DNA of 64,000 nucleotides from Folioceros fuciformis (taxonomy: Eukaryota), in assembly GCA_049999805.1 (NCBI GenBank), contig JBNGIO010006148.1:1-64000 (forward strand), read 5' to 3'. Numbering within the stretch: the stretch's first letter is position 1; every line of letters starts with the position of its first letter. A program made the translations under genes and the position numbers. Under the pieces are notes generated by a model that ran no database searches, had not been told where the DNA came from, and saw only the letters and a program-made list of their open reading frames with translations. Of the stretch, positions 23,989 to 36,901 are shown in pieces.

Positions 23989-26614
23989 TCAGTAAGGCCT
24001 GTAGCGAGGTTCTAGCCTGGAGGAGCGATGCCCTGGCCCGCTGTCTCCAGCGGGAATCGGTCCTACGCCCCCGTAGCCACCCCACTGTATGCATGAACCA
24101 ACAGAGCAGGGATTGCATGTCAGTCTCAGCGTCAGCGAGGAGAAGCCCGAACTAGCCCTGGCTTCTGGCACACGTGTGCTTGGCAGAGGAAAAGGTTGGC
24201 AGCAACAGGACATACCCCACCCAAGTCAAGGCTGCCGGCAAGTCCGGCATAGGCGCCGCCAGGAAGAGCCCCGTTGCCGCCCCTCAGAGGACCTCCAGCA
24301 CCCCCGGAAGGGGGGCCAGAGCCATGTCCCCCGCCACCGAGGTAGGAGTGGTGCCCGCCGACATCGTCCTGAGGTGCAGCGCGATCCACGGCTATCTGAC
24401 ACACACGCACCACAGCCCACGCCCAAGTAATAAAGTTAAATCGAGCTTCAGCTGCAACTGCAATGCCCAACCCACACCTCAATGCCATGCAATGAAACCC
24501 CACCAACCTGATGTCCTAGAAGCTCGTGAGTTCGTAGCGAAACCCTCTCGGCAGCACCTTCGTCCGAAAACGTGACGAAGCCAAAACCTCTGTGGGACTG
24601 TTTTTTTGCATCCTGCATCAGCACCAGCACGCACCACACCATCCCATTCAAGACTGCGCTTGCGCTCCACACATTTCACCCAGGCACAACCTCCAGCATC
24701 CACGCACGGCACGCACCTTGGGTACATAAACATCTACAATGCGGCCAAAATTGTTGAAATAGCGTCGCAGGTCCTCTGCAGTTGCTTCTGGAGGAAGCCT
24801 GCCCACAAATATTTTAGTTCCCAATCCTCTTGGTGCCGGGAGGGGAGCAGACCCATAACCGCCTGCCCCTCCACCTGGAACTCCCATGCTTGGGCCTCCA
24901 AGCATGCTTCCGGGAGGTGGTGGATGCCACCCACCAGCCCCGAAAGCGGCACCCATGCCAGCAGCCCCCAAATCAGCACCCAGGGCTGCGGCACCTGCAT
25001 ACTCATAGCCCGCGAACGCTCCAAAAGAACCAAACCGTGCTGGATTGGTGTACACGCCATACGCACCATAAGGTCCTGGGAACCCTCTTCCCCAAAACTT
25101 CATGCTTTCTTCCTGCGGTCACCGACTGTGACTAATGATGGCAAAAGCACACAAAATCGGGCAGCAGCAACACACTCCCAATTGTTCAACGGAAACCACA
25201 CCTTCGGAGTCGCCCTGTCAACGGCAATCGTAGAACCTCCTAGTTCATGCGTTTCTGACATGAGCTTATCAACAGCATCTGCGGCACCACCACTTTCAGT
25301 TGAGTCCAGCCCCAAACACACTCACACTTCCCACGCGCCAATGACCTACTGACCCACACTAACTTATCCTCCATCACCTGAATTTTCGTAAGTAACAAAT
25401 CCAATTCCACGATGAGCTTTAGATCCTTGGTCCTGCCAGAAACATCCCCATGTTGTAGCACCATGCTCAGAGTGCACCAAGAAAAAAAAAAAAACCCACG
25501 ACAATAGGGCAGCAGCAGAAGAGCCTACCTTGGGCATGTATGCATCAGTGAGAGTTCCGTACTTTTCAAAGTACCTGAGGTGCAATGTATGTTCAAGACA
25601 AGCTGTCAAGGGCAGGAGCTACATGCATTCGTCAAGACAAGACATCCCTCAGCCCATTCTGCCAACAGTAGTTTACAACAAGCTTCAACTGTACCAGCTG
25701 CCAAGTTCCCACCCATACAACAACAAGCTTCCCCTCTCCAAGGAATTCTCTTCACAACATTCCGCCAAGCCAAACACTTGCCATAATGATAGGGCTAATC
25801 TTACGCTCTGAAGACATCATCAGTCACGCTAGGCGGAATCCTGGCTACAAATACGCGGGTGACCTTTTTCGAAGGCGGCTTCATGTCCTCCTGTAGAAAA
25901 AGCAAGGAACTTGGTGAGAGAGCTTGGAATGCCAGCTCAAGAGGACTAGTCCACGACGACAGATTCTCCAAGCCTTCGTTCCCGAGACAAGCTGCACACC
26001 CTATAAAGTACTCCTCCGCATCCATTTGAATCATAACACGGTAGCATATATCTGACAGGGCAGTGTGCCTCACCTTAGGTGTTGCCACCTTCACTTCCAA
26101 CATCCGGCCATTCAATGAGTGCTGACCTGCCACAGTTTTCTGCGACCAAAGCGCATGGATAATTTGATCGCTTGTGTGCAACACTAACATCTCAAGCATC
26201 CAGACGAAAGCAGAGGGAGAAGAGAGAAAGGGGGACTATACCTCAGCGTCTTCAGTGGCAGTAAAAGTGACGTAACCAAATCCACGAGACCGACCTGTTA
26301 TCCGGTCCTGTAGTGATCAATGGTTCAGAAAAGAGTAGTCGTGGTTAACCTGCAACCAGATCGTGACACCAAGCCCAGTCTTGGTCCTACCTTCATGACG
26401 ATAACGTCATCCAGTTCCCCATACTTGCTCATGTACTGCCGAAGTCCTTCCGTGTCGACATCCCATGGGATCCCCAACACCTGACAAATGGACAGCAAAA
26501 CCAAATCATCAAAGGGATACCGTGGATCATGTGAAATTGGCACTCAAATCGCTGGCCACAACAGAGGGAAGTTCCAAGTACCCGTACCACAAGCTTTCGG
26601 GAGCCAAGCGACAT
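23989..26614 (-). CDS. RNA-binding protein with four RRM-type domains (At4g36960-like), many exons
   Basis: RKLVVLGIPWDVDTEGLRQYMSKYG, DRITGRSRGFGYVTF, TRVFVARIP, HRGIGFVTY, TKIFVGRLP, HRGFGFVTF, and C-terminal RYRPY (PY-NLS-like). ATG at 26614 follows a likely 5'UTR acceptor near 26629; an alternative ATG is at 26650. Confidence 0.9.
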
Positions 26615-29600
26615 CTTCACATTCGGTCCTGAGGCGTTTGCCATGGGCATGGAAAGCAAACAAAAATGAGCACTTCACTCTTCTCAGCGTCGTCAAACCG
26701 TGATGCCTGCATGCACGGTCCAGCCTCTATTCTTTCTACTCTTCTCTCTACTTTTCTCTCTCTCTCACGCTTGCTCTTCCTCACTCTCTCGCTCTCCTCT
26801 TTCCTGCACAAACACGTCCTACATTCATGCTCTGCAGTTCCCGCCCCCGCTCCCAGCAAGAACAGGCTACACAGTGTCACCACTTGTCTCAAACAACTCG
26901 TAGACCTCCAACAGACAACTCGCTCTGTGTGGACAGCCGTGGGCCAAGAAAGAGCCAGCAAGCTCACTTTCATCCGTCCAGAAGCCATGGCCAAGGACGA
27001 CAACAGACGAGAGCGGTCCAGACACCAACACCTTGGAGACTCAAAGACATCCATCCTCACCTCCGAAGGACAGCAAAAAACAACCAACTCTGCTGCCTCC
27101 ACTTCTGACAGATCGGGAAACTGCGGCAGGGACAAAAAATACATCTGCACCCCACTCAACCACCCACACACACAGCCAAACAGAAATCCCAGCAAGAACC
27201 TCTTCAGCAGCAGCAGAATCAAGATCATGTCACATACAGCACAACAATCCACAACTTCCACGCATCTCCCCATTCCACTCTCACCCGACCACACACGAAA
27301 CCAACAAAGCCGCGGAGGCAAGCACCCCAAGATCCCCTTCATTCCATTCCTACTCCCCTGTCCTAACAAGCAGATTCAAAGCAGCTTCAGACACACTCAC
27401 AACAGACAAAGGCTCCCTGTACGCTCAGCTCCAGCCCCACCCCGGCCACCCCGCAACTCCCCCACCCCTCCCCCCGGACCCAGATCATCACACGTTACCC
27501 TCGTCACACTCGTCTGTCTGCCTGTCTGTCACCCTCGCCTTCCTTCCCTCACCCTCCTTCCTCCCCCAGCTCTCGTCACATGACACTCCTCACGCCTGCT
27601 GCGCTCTATCCCTCTGCCGGGCCGGTACAGGCCTGCCTCCAGCCTCGCAACAGTCTCACACGCTCCTTTTGTGCGTCCTCTTCCACCGGCCATGCATCAA
27701 CCACCGCTTCCTCCTTTCTGCTCTCCGACGCCCTGCTCCCTCCACCAATTTTGGTACTGCGAGGTTCTGCCAGCCAGCCAGCAAGCCAAGCGTCTGGTGG
27801 CCCCCTATACTCCAATTTCCTCCCACAGCTCCTCCTTCCTTGCTGTTGCGTGTTTGTGTGCCAGGACCCCGCACTCCTACCTCCCTCAGCTTCACTGCTA
27901 CGTGGTGTTCGCTAAGTTGTCTCGTGTCATCTTTCAGGCTCATACGTCACACTATATACCAAACTCCTTTTCAAACACTCATTACCCTAACAGCATCCTG
28001 GCTAATCCCTCGAAACATCCTCTAACTATCATCACCATCTATGCACCCAATTCAATTATTCAAAGAAGAATTTATCACAGTCTACTTGTGGGCAGACCCT
28101 CTTCAGTATAACCTAATTTAATCTAACCTAACCTAATTTAATTTAACCTAGTCTAACCTAACCTATTTGACTTTCTATATAGATTCTTGAAAATAATTAG
28201 ACTAATAAGATTCTTCTTAGATTTCTATGACTCCTTCATGTATCCTCATTACTAACATCTAGAATACATAGACCGTCAACCCTAAACCTAGGCCCTATCG
28301 TGTTTGCAGCTCAAAGTCATATAATAGAATAACTATACAGGCAAGAAAGAAAAAGACTCTACAAGTTAAATGTCTACTAGCTGTCCAACCACTAGCTGTG
28401 AAGTTTGCCAAAAGACCTATTACTTGCCATCAGCATGCACACTTACATATGCTAGCTTCTCCATGTCTTTGGACTAACTAACTATCTTCATACAATGCAA
28501 CCAAAGGCTCTTCTTCACCCACATTCCTCAAGTTTGTTTCCTCCAAGTCTTCGTCAACTTTTCACAATGAATTGGCACTTCGCAACACACCAAAAGAAAG
28601 CTCTTGATCACCAGCAATAGAGTCTTTGGCACCCACTAAATATCTTCACCATCACTACTTGAGTTCTTAAGATAGCTCACATTAACTATATCACGCCGGG
28701 ATGGGAGTGTAGTGGTCCTAATAAATGTGTGTGTACTTGTGTACCACATTATTTTCAGCCACACAGGGCACCATATGTCCTATTAGACAAGCAAGGGGCA
28801 CTAATTGTGTAGATTGACAAGCACTATGGTGCCTTGTGCTCAATCGCACCAGCCATGAGGAGGCTTAGGCATCGCACAGCACATGCGGTGTCGACTAGGG
28901 GCCCAGCGGTGAAGGCGGGGACTTAGACATTGCAGCTCGAGGCCGAGGGATGGGGGGCTTAGGAAGGGCCTTAAGCACTAGATGTTTAATGCCCACAAAT
29001 CGTGGTGCACATTCGATACTTGAGGCTACTAGGTCATAGTGAAGGCGGAAATGGGGTATGGCAACCCTCGACGCGTGCACGCAGCTAAGAACCTGGAGTA
29101 ACCGGCCTTGGTCTCGGCTAGTGCACGCAGCTAGGGAGTCGGAGTAATCGGCCTCGGCCTCACCTAAATAGCACTGTAGGATGTGTGGCGATGTTTGGAT
29201 TAGACGAAATGACATAATCTTGGGTATATCCACAAAAAATTAAGGAATTGTAGTTTGTGTTATAAACAACTGCATATAGCCAGGTTGAACAAGTGCATGA
29301 AGCAACAAACACTCCAAGTTGTTGAATCATAGAAGCAATTACTACTTTAATGCTCCTTGGGTTGTCCAAGCCATCCGCATTACATGCCTTCATAATATAA
29401 CAAGTTACTTTATCAAAGATGCAAAATGCTTCATAAAATGATAACTAACTACGTCAATCTTCTACGACAATACTTTTATCAAATCTATATGAAGTATGCT
29501 TACATTCAATTTTCTAGTGTTTCGCTAGCTAATTTTGTCACCCAATCACCTTAAGGTTTATCCCGCAATGTCAATTTCTTACATTCTGTAGAAACACATT

Positions 29601-29873
29601 TCAGGAAAGTTTTATTCCACTATGTCTTCGCTTCTACAAATATTTCGCCTCCATGTGTTATCTTATAAAAAAAAAGAAGAATGAAAAATCATAAGTTTGA
29701 CCTAATGATACATATTTATTATGCATACATACCTTGGTCAGGTTGTCCCTCTTATGTTTGGAGTAGATGAGACTTTCTATCTCTTTTCAATAATAGAAAA
29801 TAACCCTTATACATTATCTTCAATCAATAATGTGTGCCCTTGTAGTTCAAGATCAACTTGTATCTAAGTTTGT

Positions 29874-31886
29874 TCATTGGTTTGTTTCTTTTTTTTGTTT
29901 AAAATCCTCTCTTAATTGTGCAAACTTTTTAAAACACTGTACTTTAGACTTTCCCGGAATCATGTGTGAAATTTTTTCCCATCTTTGTTCAGTATCTTTT
30001 GGAAAAAATTTCAATGCTTTAATAAGCCCTAATTGCTCGGCCTCAGACCAAAGGTCTTGGTGACAAAGATTCAAAACGTCTGGTGCAATTGTTGCATCTG
30101 ATTGTGCATTGTATTGGTCGCTTAATTTTGCATCTGTGGTTGTGGGTAATTTTTTCTTTGCAACACCTTGTAGCTCATGGTTAAGTGGGCTGTCAGAACC
30201 ATTGTTCAAAGTATGATCTTGAGACGCTGATGTCTCAGTACCATTCTTGTTGTCTCTTGTTGAAAGGGGAGAATTAATTACTACACTTGTAGTTGATCTC
30301 TTTTGCAAAAACGAATCATACACTTTTGAGGTGCAAGGTTTTTGCATCAAAACTGTTTTGATTGCTCTAAGTATATCCTCTACTGGGCGGTTTGTTCCCA
30401 TGTATTCAGAAATCACTTCCCAACGCTGTGATGTTCCTTTAGGATACTTGGTAATTGCTTTTTGTAGTAAGGTGATTTCTTCTGCAGTCCAGTTATCTTG
30501 TTTCACCTCTTCAGATGAGGCACATGACTTCCCTACATCAGCATGCTTTGGATGGGTGATTGTCTTGGTAGAATTATCTTTCTTACTGTACCCTATATCT
30601 TCTTCCACAACACTGGGAATTTTTTCACTTGATATTTTTTGCAAGATTTGTAATTGCTCTTCATACTGTTTGGATTGTTCTAACTCATCATTAATAAATT
30701 TGAGTTGCGACATTTGTGATGTTCTACAAATGGTCTCTATCAAGTCATCGCATATTTCTAAGCAACCATTTTGTTGCAAGGAAACACTTGATATGATTGT
30801 TCGAAACCTGGACCTCTCTTTTCGAAGCAATTTTTTCTCTTTTTCTTTCAGTCTGCGCATCAATTGAGCTTCTTCAAGGCTTTTTCTCTCTTGATCTTCC
30901 TTTTCTTTCCTTTCTTGCTCTAGAGCCCTAGCTGCCTCCTCCTCTTTCACTCGCCGAATGTCTTCTCGAAGTCTCTTCTTATGTAGCTTCTGGTTTTTTT
31001 CTTCTTCTTTCCTCTTCAAGACTCGTGGATCCTTCTTGTGAGCCATGTCCACCAGTGCCCTTACTCTTATTGTTTCCTCCTTCTTGGCTTTTTCTCGAAG
31101 CTTTGCATTTTGCCTTTCCATCCATCGTCTGTGTTCTCTACCTTCTGCCTCTTCAAGATCAAACTCATCAACATGTGGAAATTCTCGCCAGCTTTTGAAA
31201 GAATACCAAAAGTTGTAAAATCCATCAACCTCATCCATAGCCGTGTCCTCTCCTCCAAGAACTGGTACAGGTTGGATACTCGACCACTTTCCATTTCGCA
31301 TGAACACAGGACCAAAGACATCAAAGAAGTCTTTAGAAGAACAGTGTGTGGGAATCTCATCGTCAAACTCATCACTCGAGTCATAAACTCGCCTTTTGCA
31401 AGGATCAATCAAGACCTCATAAGCTTCTTGAATAGCCTTAAAATATTGATCGATCTCCTCTTTTTTGGTGGTCCTAGCTTCCTCAGTCTTCTCTCGTAGT
31501 ATCAGAGCAGATTGTTTATCTGGATGGTATTTTAAAGCACATTCTCTGTAGGCTTTTCTGATCTGTTCTTCTGTGGCAAGAAATCTCAAATGCCCTATTC
31601 CTAGTAGGGCATAATGATCATGTTGATCACTCTTCAGAGAGATTTTTTTCCTTCCTCTCGATTGGTAATGATCATAAGTGTTTTGAGTAGAATCCTTGTT
31701 GTCTGAGACTGAATTTTCTGACCCATGGTTTTGATGATACACACCTAAGAGCTGACAGGCGATGGAATGAAATGCCAACCCGGCTGGTTCATACTTTGAG
31801 GATCTCACAGGCTCGGAATTACTAGCCACAACGCAGGGTAAGGCTCCCGAGGAGTTGTCAAGATTTGGAAGCAACAGTTGTTTCAT
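29874..31886 (-). CDS. ZRF1: DNAJC2/zuotin/ZRF1-like protein, AT-rich diverged copy, intronless
   Basis: EPAG motif, J-domain DHYALLG...KYHPDK, zuotin region FYNFWYSFKSWREF, two SANT/Myb domains. Intact 670-codon ORF. Confidence 0.93.
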   Translation of the reverse strand: MKQLLLPNLDNSSGALPCVVASNSEPVRSSKYEPAGLAFHSIACQLLGVYHQNHGSENSVSDNKDSTQNTYDHYQSRGRKKISLKSDQHDHYALLGIGHLRFLATEEQIRKAYRECALKYHPDKQSALILREKTEEARTTKKEEIDQYFKAIQEAYEVLIDPCKRRVYDSSDEFDDEIPTHCSSKDFFDVFGPVFMRNGKWSSIQPVPVLGGEDTAMDEVDGFYNFWYSFKSWREFPHVDEFDLEEAEGREHRRWMERQNAKLREKAKKEETIRVRALVDMAHKKDPRVLKRKEEEKNQKLHKKRLREDIRRVKEEEAARALEQERKEKEDQERKSLEEAQLMRRLKEKEKKLLRKERSRFRTIISSVSLQQNGCLEICDDLIETICRTSQMSQLKFINDELEQSKQYEEQLQILQKISSEKIPSVVEEDIGYSKKDNSTKTITHPKHADVGKSCASSEEVKQDNWTAEEITLLQKAITKYPKGTSQRWEVISEYMGTNRPVEDILRAIKTVLMQKPCTSKVYDSFLQKRSTTSVVINSPLSTRDNKNGTETSASQDHTLNNGSDSPLNHELQGVAKKKLPTTTDAKLSDQYNAQSDATIAPDVLNLCHQDLWSEAEQLGLIKALKFFPKDTEQRWEKISHMIPGKSKVQCFKKFAQLREDFKQKKETNQ

Positions 31887-32948
31887 TTTTACGAACGTAT
31901 CTTAACTGGACAACCCATACAAGTTTTCGCGACCAGTCCATTAAAGTGTTACCGGCAAGGAAGAACGGAAAAGGCCTACAGAGACTTGATCGTCGTTCAA
32001 CGAGGAGGAGAGGATCGGACGTCGCGCGGAGAATTTGCGGACACGCCGGGAAGGTAGCTGCCTACATTGTGTGGAGCGTCCAGTCGACGGGAGGAGAGGA
32101 GGAAGAGGGAAAGCTCCCCGGCGGAGAGCTTCACAACAGTGCAAACAGATGTAGCCACCGTGCGTGCAAAATTACTGGAGTCGCAAGCATGCGGGTCGCG
32201 TATCACTGTTTGTACCGAACCTCAAACAATCTCGAACGACCGCGAGAACAATTTCCTGCTTAGTTCGAACAACGTTTAGTGACTCAATTCGAGCTGTGAA
32301 GTGCGCAAATCAATACCAAGGTCCTTGATTGAAGACGACATCGGTCAAAAAGATCTCTAGGCGATGAAATTGCTTCCAGTAAATAGATTATTGGCGGATA
32401 TCAGGAACCACTTCATCACATAGGGAAGTACCCACGTTAACCAGACACCCGAACCGGTTCGCAGGCTGAGTACACTGCGGAAGAGTCCTCCGTAAGAAGC
32501 CATGTTTCCGACCCTGCATCAGGAAAGGAAAATGGGATTCAGAATGAAGGTTTTACGACAAAAACCACTGGAACCGTGGAATACTGCAACGCAAAGCAAG
32601 ACACTGTATTGCACAGATCAACTGACATCCCACTCCCCACAGGAGGGCGAACGTCCACGAGAGAGGAGAGAATTGCTAGGATCATCTAAGCACATGAGTG
32701 GTCTACACCCAAGTTCATGCTGTCAATTGTATATCCAAGAAGTGAAACTGAACTCACCGAGACTGCATCTATGCGGATTCTTCGCCGACTCCATTCCAAT
32801 GCCAGCAACTCAACAAAACTGACCTTGCTCAGATGCAGCTCCTTTGGGCCACCCTGAAGCCTTCCCCTGCCGATGACTGCCCCTACTCTAAAATATAGCT
32901 GCCCTGTAAGGTAAGAACTACATAGAACCAACCTTCAAGAAAAAAAAG

Positions 32949-34937
32949 TTAGGCTGTTGCCTTCTTGTACTTATCCCTCAACTCAGAATACTTCCTCATG
33001 CACTCTGTCTTTGTCTTCCCAGGGACCTCCACAGTGATTTTCTCCCACCTACGGTCAGTACCCTTGGGGAAATTCTTTGCGGCCACGACAAGAGCATGAG
33101 TCTGCATCTCCGACCATCCGTCATGATCCGCCACACCAATATTGCCCTGTTCGGACACCTCTACGGACGTCTTTCCATTAGAAGGACTCTTGGCGACACC
33201 ATTCTCAACTACTTTGACGTCTTTCTTAGAAGTCCCACTTCTTGTAGTCTCATTGTCAAGGTCATCCCTGGTAGAGAGTGGCGAATCAATTACAACACCT
33301 GAAATCTTCGGATTCGACCTAAATGAATCAAACGGTTTTGAAGAGTCCGGCTTCTGCTGTAAGCTAGTCTTCACAGCTCTGGTGATCTCCTCTGCTGATC
33401 GTCCAGTTCCTAGGTAGGTAGAAACCACCTCCCATCGCTGTGACGTTCCCTTCGGATATTTACCTACGGCCTTGCGCAACAGGTGTAACTCCTCCTTCGA
33501 CCAAGGCCTTTCCTTTTTCACCGCATTCGAAGCAGCAGCAGACGCCTTCTTCTCTGCGCAAACTTTGGGAGACTCTGAAATCGAAGGCACCTGTTTGACA
33601 TCACCTGCACCACCGCCATCACTGCGGCCCTGCTCGTGCACTGTGCGCCCATTTTCAAAAACAGGGTCTTTTCCCAGAAGAAGACGTGCCTGCTCAGCAA
33701 CATTGTTGCTCCCTTCCAGCCTTTCACAAAGCTGTCTCAATTGAGTTATTTCCAAACTCATACAGAGGTCCTCAACCATATCGTCCAAAATTCCGAGGTC
33801 TTTCCGGCCAACCAATCCAGCAGCAGCAGCGCGCAACCGAGCTCTCTCTTTCCTGACCAACTTCTTCTCCTTTTCCCTAATCTTCTTCAGGGCCGCCGCT
33901 TCTTCAGCTGCCTTCTTCTCTTCCTCCTCTTTCTTCCTCCTCTCCTCTTCTACAACCCTGGCGGCTTCCTCCTCCTTCTCTCGCCTAGCTTGATCCTTTG
34001 CCTGCTTCTTCCGCAACTTCTCAGCTTTCTCCTGTTCTTTCCTTCGCGAAACTCGAGGATCCTTCTTATACGCATTCTCCACCATTACCCTAATCCTACT
34101 GTTTTCTTCCTTCTTCGCCTTTTCCCGGAGCTTAGAGTTCTGCCTCTCCATCCATCTCCTATGCTCTCGATTCTCCGCTTGCTCAAGATCAAACTCATCT
34201 GCGTGAGGGAACTCCCGCCAACTTCTGAAACCCCACCAGAAGTCGTAGAAAGCATCAACCTCCTGCATGGAGGTATTGTCCTCTCCCAGAGGGGGTACTG
34301 GCTGTACAACCGACCACCGGCCATTCCTCATAAACACAGGTGAATAAACCTTGAAAAAATCCTCCGGAGCGCAGTCGTCAGGAATCTCGTCGTCGAACTC
34401 ATCAATGGAATCATACACCCTGCGTTTGGCAGGGTCAATGAGAACCTCATAGGCCTCTTGAATGGACTTGAAATGCTTATCAATCTCCTCCTTCTTGGCC
34501 TCCTTCCCCTCCTCTGTCTCCTCCGTCAGCAGGAGGGCGGCCTGCTTATCAGGATGATGCTTCAGCGCAGCTTCCCTGTAAGCTTTCCTGATTTGCTCCT
34601 CAGTAGCCAGGAACCGAACATGAGCTAGGCCCAGGAGAGCATAATGGTCCTGCTGATCACCCGCCGACCCAGACTTCTTCTTCCCCTTGGACTGGTAGGA
34701 GTCAACGGATGGAGACGAGGTCTTCTCCTTCTTGTCAGAGACCGCATCCTCCTCACTGTCGCCATCCAACTTGTCCAGTCCCAGCTGCCGAAGCGCGGCA
34801 GCATGGAAGGCGGCGCCAGCTGGCTCAAAGCCAGCAGCCTGAATTGGGAGGGAGTTGGAAGCTACATGCAGAGGAAGCCATTCAGCAAGATCTGTTGGAT
34901 AGGTCAAACAACGCAGCTGGTTCTTAGGAGCCAGCAT
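32949..34937 (-). CDS. ZRF1: DNAJC2/zuotin/ZRF1-like protein, GC-rich copy, intronless
   Basis: MLAPKNQLRCLTY start at ATG 34937, EPAGAAFH, DHYALLGL...KHHPDK, FYDFWWGFRSWREF, two SANT domains. Confidence 0.95.
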   Translation of the reverse strand: MLAPKNQLRCLTYPTDLAEWLPLHVASNSLPIQAAGFEPAGAAFHAAALRQLGLDKLDGDSEEDAVSDKKEKTSSPSVDSYQSKGKKKSGSAGDQQDHYALLGLAHVRFLATEEQIRKAYREAALKHHPDKQAALLLTEETEEGKEAKKEEIDKHFKSIQEAYEVLIDPAKRRVYDSIDEFDDEIPDDCAPEDFFKVYSPVFMRNGRWSVVQPVPPLGEDNTSMQEVDAFYDFWWGFRSWREFPHADEFDLEQAENREHRRWMERQNSKLREKAKKEENSRIRVMVENAYKKDPRVSRRKEQEKAEKLRKKQAKDQARREKEEEAARVVEEERRKKEEEEKKAAEEAAALKKIREKEKKLVRKERARLRAAAAGLVGRKDLGILDDMVEDLCMSLEITQLRQLCERLEGSNNVAEQARLLLGKDPVFENGRTVHEQGRSDGGGAGDVKQVPSISESPKVCAEKKASAAASNAVKKERPWSKEELHLLRKAVGKYPKGTSQRWEVVSTYLGTGRSAEEITRAVKTSLQQKPDSSKPFDSFRSNPKISGVVIDSPLSTRDDLDNETTRSGTSKKDVKVVENGVAKSPSNGKTSVEVSEQGNIGVADHDGWSEMQTHALVVAAKNFPKGTDRRWEKITVEVPGKTKTECMRKYSELRDKYKKATA

Positions 34938-35128
34938 GGCGACGCCTGTGGCCGTATCAATCGAGGCCGGCAACTCCAACACGATTGCACGACCAACCCT
35001 GTACAAATCCAGCCAACATGTTTAGCCGACAACCGTTCCCACAGGATGCTTGCCCGGCGCTCTGCAATTGCTATTCCTCAGCAACTCTCTTTCCGCCTGA
35101 CCGGTTCAAGGGTCTTCCCAAATAAACT

Positions 35129-35424
35129 AAACCCTAGGGCCTAAACCCTTCCGAGAGGATCGCCATAGCTGATTATGGAAACTTCATTGGAAGTCCCCTC
35201 TACTCGCGGGCCTTAAGACGGATCATTTCTCTGTATGTACATACGATTCGCTTGAATTTGTAGTACCGGACGTTTTAATTTTTTTTATAACATTTTCTTT
35301 CTCGATGAAGAAGTCCTTCTTTATGGTAGAAGTCCCTCGCGTGTAGTTCCCAAGAGTGGTAATCTCCTAAGATTTATCGCCAAAATGCAAGTGGACGATG
35401 AGAGAGAGGCTCGCACACGGCCCA
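35129..35424 (-). promoter_or_regulatory. Telo-box and site II (TCP) motifs upstream of the GC-rich ZRF1 copy
   Basis: AAACCCTA at 35129-35136, TAAACCCT at ~35142 and GGCCCA at 35419-35424, a combination typical of plant translation-machinery genes. Confidence 0.4.
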
Positions 35425-35678
35425 TTAGCGGCGTCCGAGTCCCATGAGGATGTACATATGGGCGTAACGGCAGCACGACCTACTGCGCTGCCGATCTATG
35501 TTCCGAATCTATATGTACAACGACAGATGGGAGCGTGAGGGGCTCCAGGACGCGGCCAATGTTAAAAGTACATGAAATGCGTAGCACACTTCGTATATAG
35601 GTCTTATGACGTTGCTCCCCAAGAAAGCACCAGGTGTCGTCTTCAAAGTGAGTTACCCGCGGACACGGGTGACAGGAA

Positions 35679-36901
35679 CTACAGGATTGTGCAGCATTGG
35701 TTCGCTTTTCTCGCCTGCTTGTAAAACATCTGCAGTCGCAGAGGTTCAGGGTGCGAGTCAAGGACTGAGTGCATCGGCCAGACGGGCTCAAACAGAGAAG
35801 ACGACTGCACTTCTACACCCCACCCCTGTAAGAGACAAGAGTTGCACCTGTGAAGCCATGCTCAGATCTGTGCTCTTGTCCACTAGTGTGTCAAGTTTCT
35901 CCCCGCGAGCGAGTACGCTGTCAATAGTTTTATGCTGCGAAAGAAGACGGGTTTCAGGCGGCCCTGCGAGAGCCTGTTCTGCAATTCCATTGTCAATTCC
36001 AACGCACCACAAAGAATTGTGCGACGTAACATACCAGGATGACTTTGGTCTCATCGAGATCCCTTTGAATTTTCAACAGCTTGTCGGCTTCTCCAGGGTC
36101 CTGTACGAGGACAGCCACGGTTAACACACTAGCTGCAGGAGTCCCTGCACTGCTCACATGCGCGATACAGTCCCTAGGTGCAGCAAAGCCCCTGGTCGGT
36201 GAAACAAAACCTGAAGTTACCTGAAACTTAGCAAGCGCATCGGGAAGATACGGCCAGGGTTCTTGGCTATCGCTGCGCACAGTTTGCCACGAATTCCCAA
36301 AAGTACTGTGATATTCATCCAGAACCTGATGAAGAGCAGTCATAGCACAGACAGACGTAAGGGCAAAGAAGAAGAAGAAGATCAAAGCACGGCGGGGAAG
36401 ATGAAAACCAGGCGAAGACACCAGCAACGCAGGAACGTCCAAATCCACCTTGTTGATCACAGAGAAGGCGCTCCGCATGGGATACTCTTTGTCCGTGAAC
36501 GCGAGTCCACAGAGCCCATTCCTGTTGTAACAATGCACCATATACTCTGAACAACCAGGCAATGTTCCCATGAGATCTGCACCTTCCTCAAGCACCCGAC
36601 ATGGAGCCTACGCTGCTTCCCACGGGCGAACAACAACTCCAAACCCTAATTCAACATTACACTCTCGCCTCAGGCAGAGAGCTGGGAAAGACAAATCCTC
36701 ACCATCCTGCTGCACAGACTGCCGCTGTCCTGCGGGCGTGCGACTCGCTATGGTCCGTCCCACGAACAAAATGAACTCCTTGGCGCTGGAGCGCTGGAAG
36801 TAGCCAAACTGGCTCACATCCGAAGCGTTGGCGAGAACAATCGGCTGCTCCGATCCCTGCCCCGGGGCGGATCTCAATACCAGGATGGCCGTCACCTTCA
36901 T
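35679..36901 (-). CDS. YKT6: Longin R-SNARE YKT6
   Basis: ANASDVSQFGYFQRSSAKEFILFVGRT, EYMVHCYNRNGLC, DPGEADKLLKIQRDLDETK, HKTIDSVLARGEKLDTLV, C-terminal CCTIL (palmitoylation/CaaX). Confidence 0.96.

Noticed and set aside
26617-28111. Overlapping 250-330 aa ORFs on both strands
   Set aside because: Low-complexity CT/CA-rich sequence upstream of the RRM gene (likely 5'UTR, introns and promoter), with no protein-like motifs.
34938-35006. N-terminal extension MYRVGRAIV of the GC-rich ZRF1 copy
   Set aside because: It starts at TTG; family similarity begins at ATG 34937.
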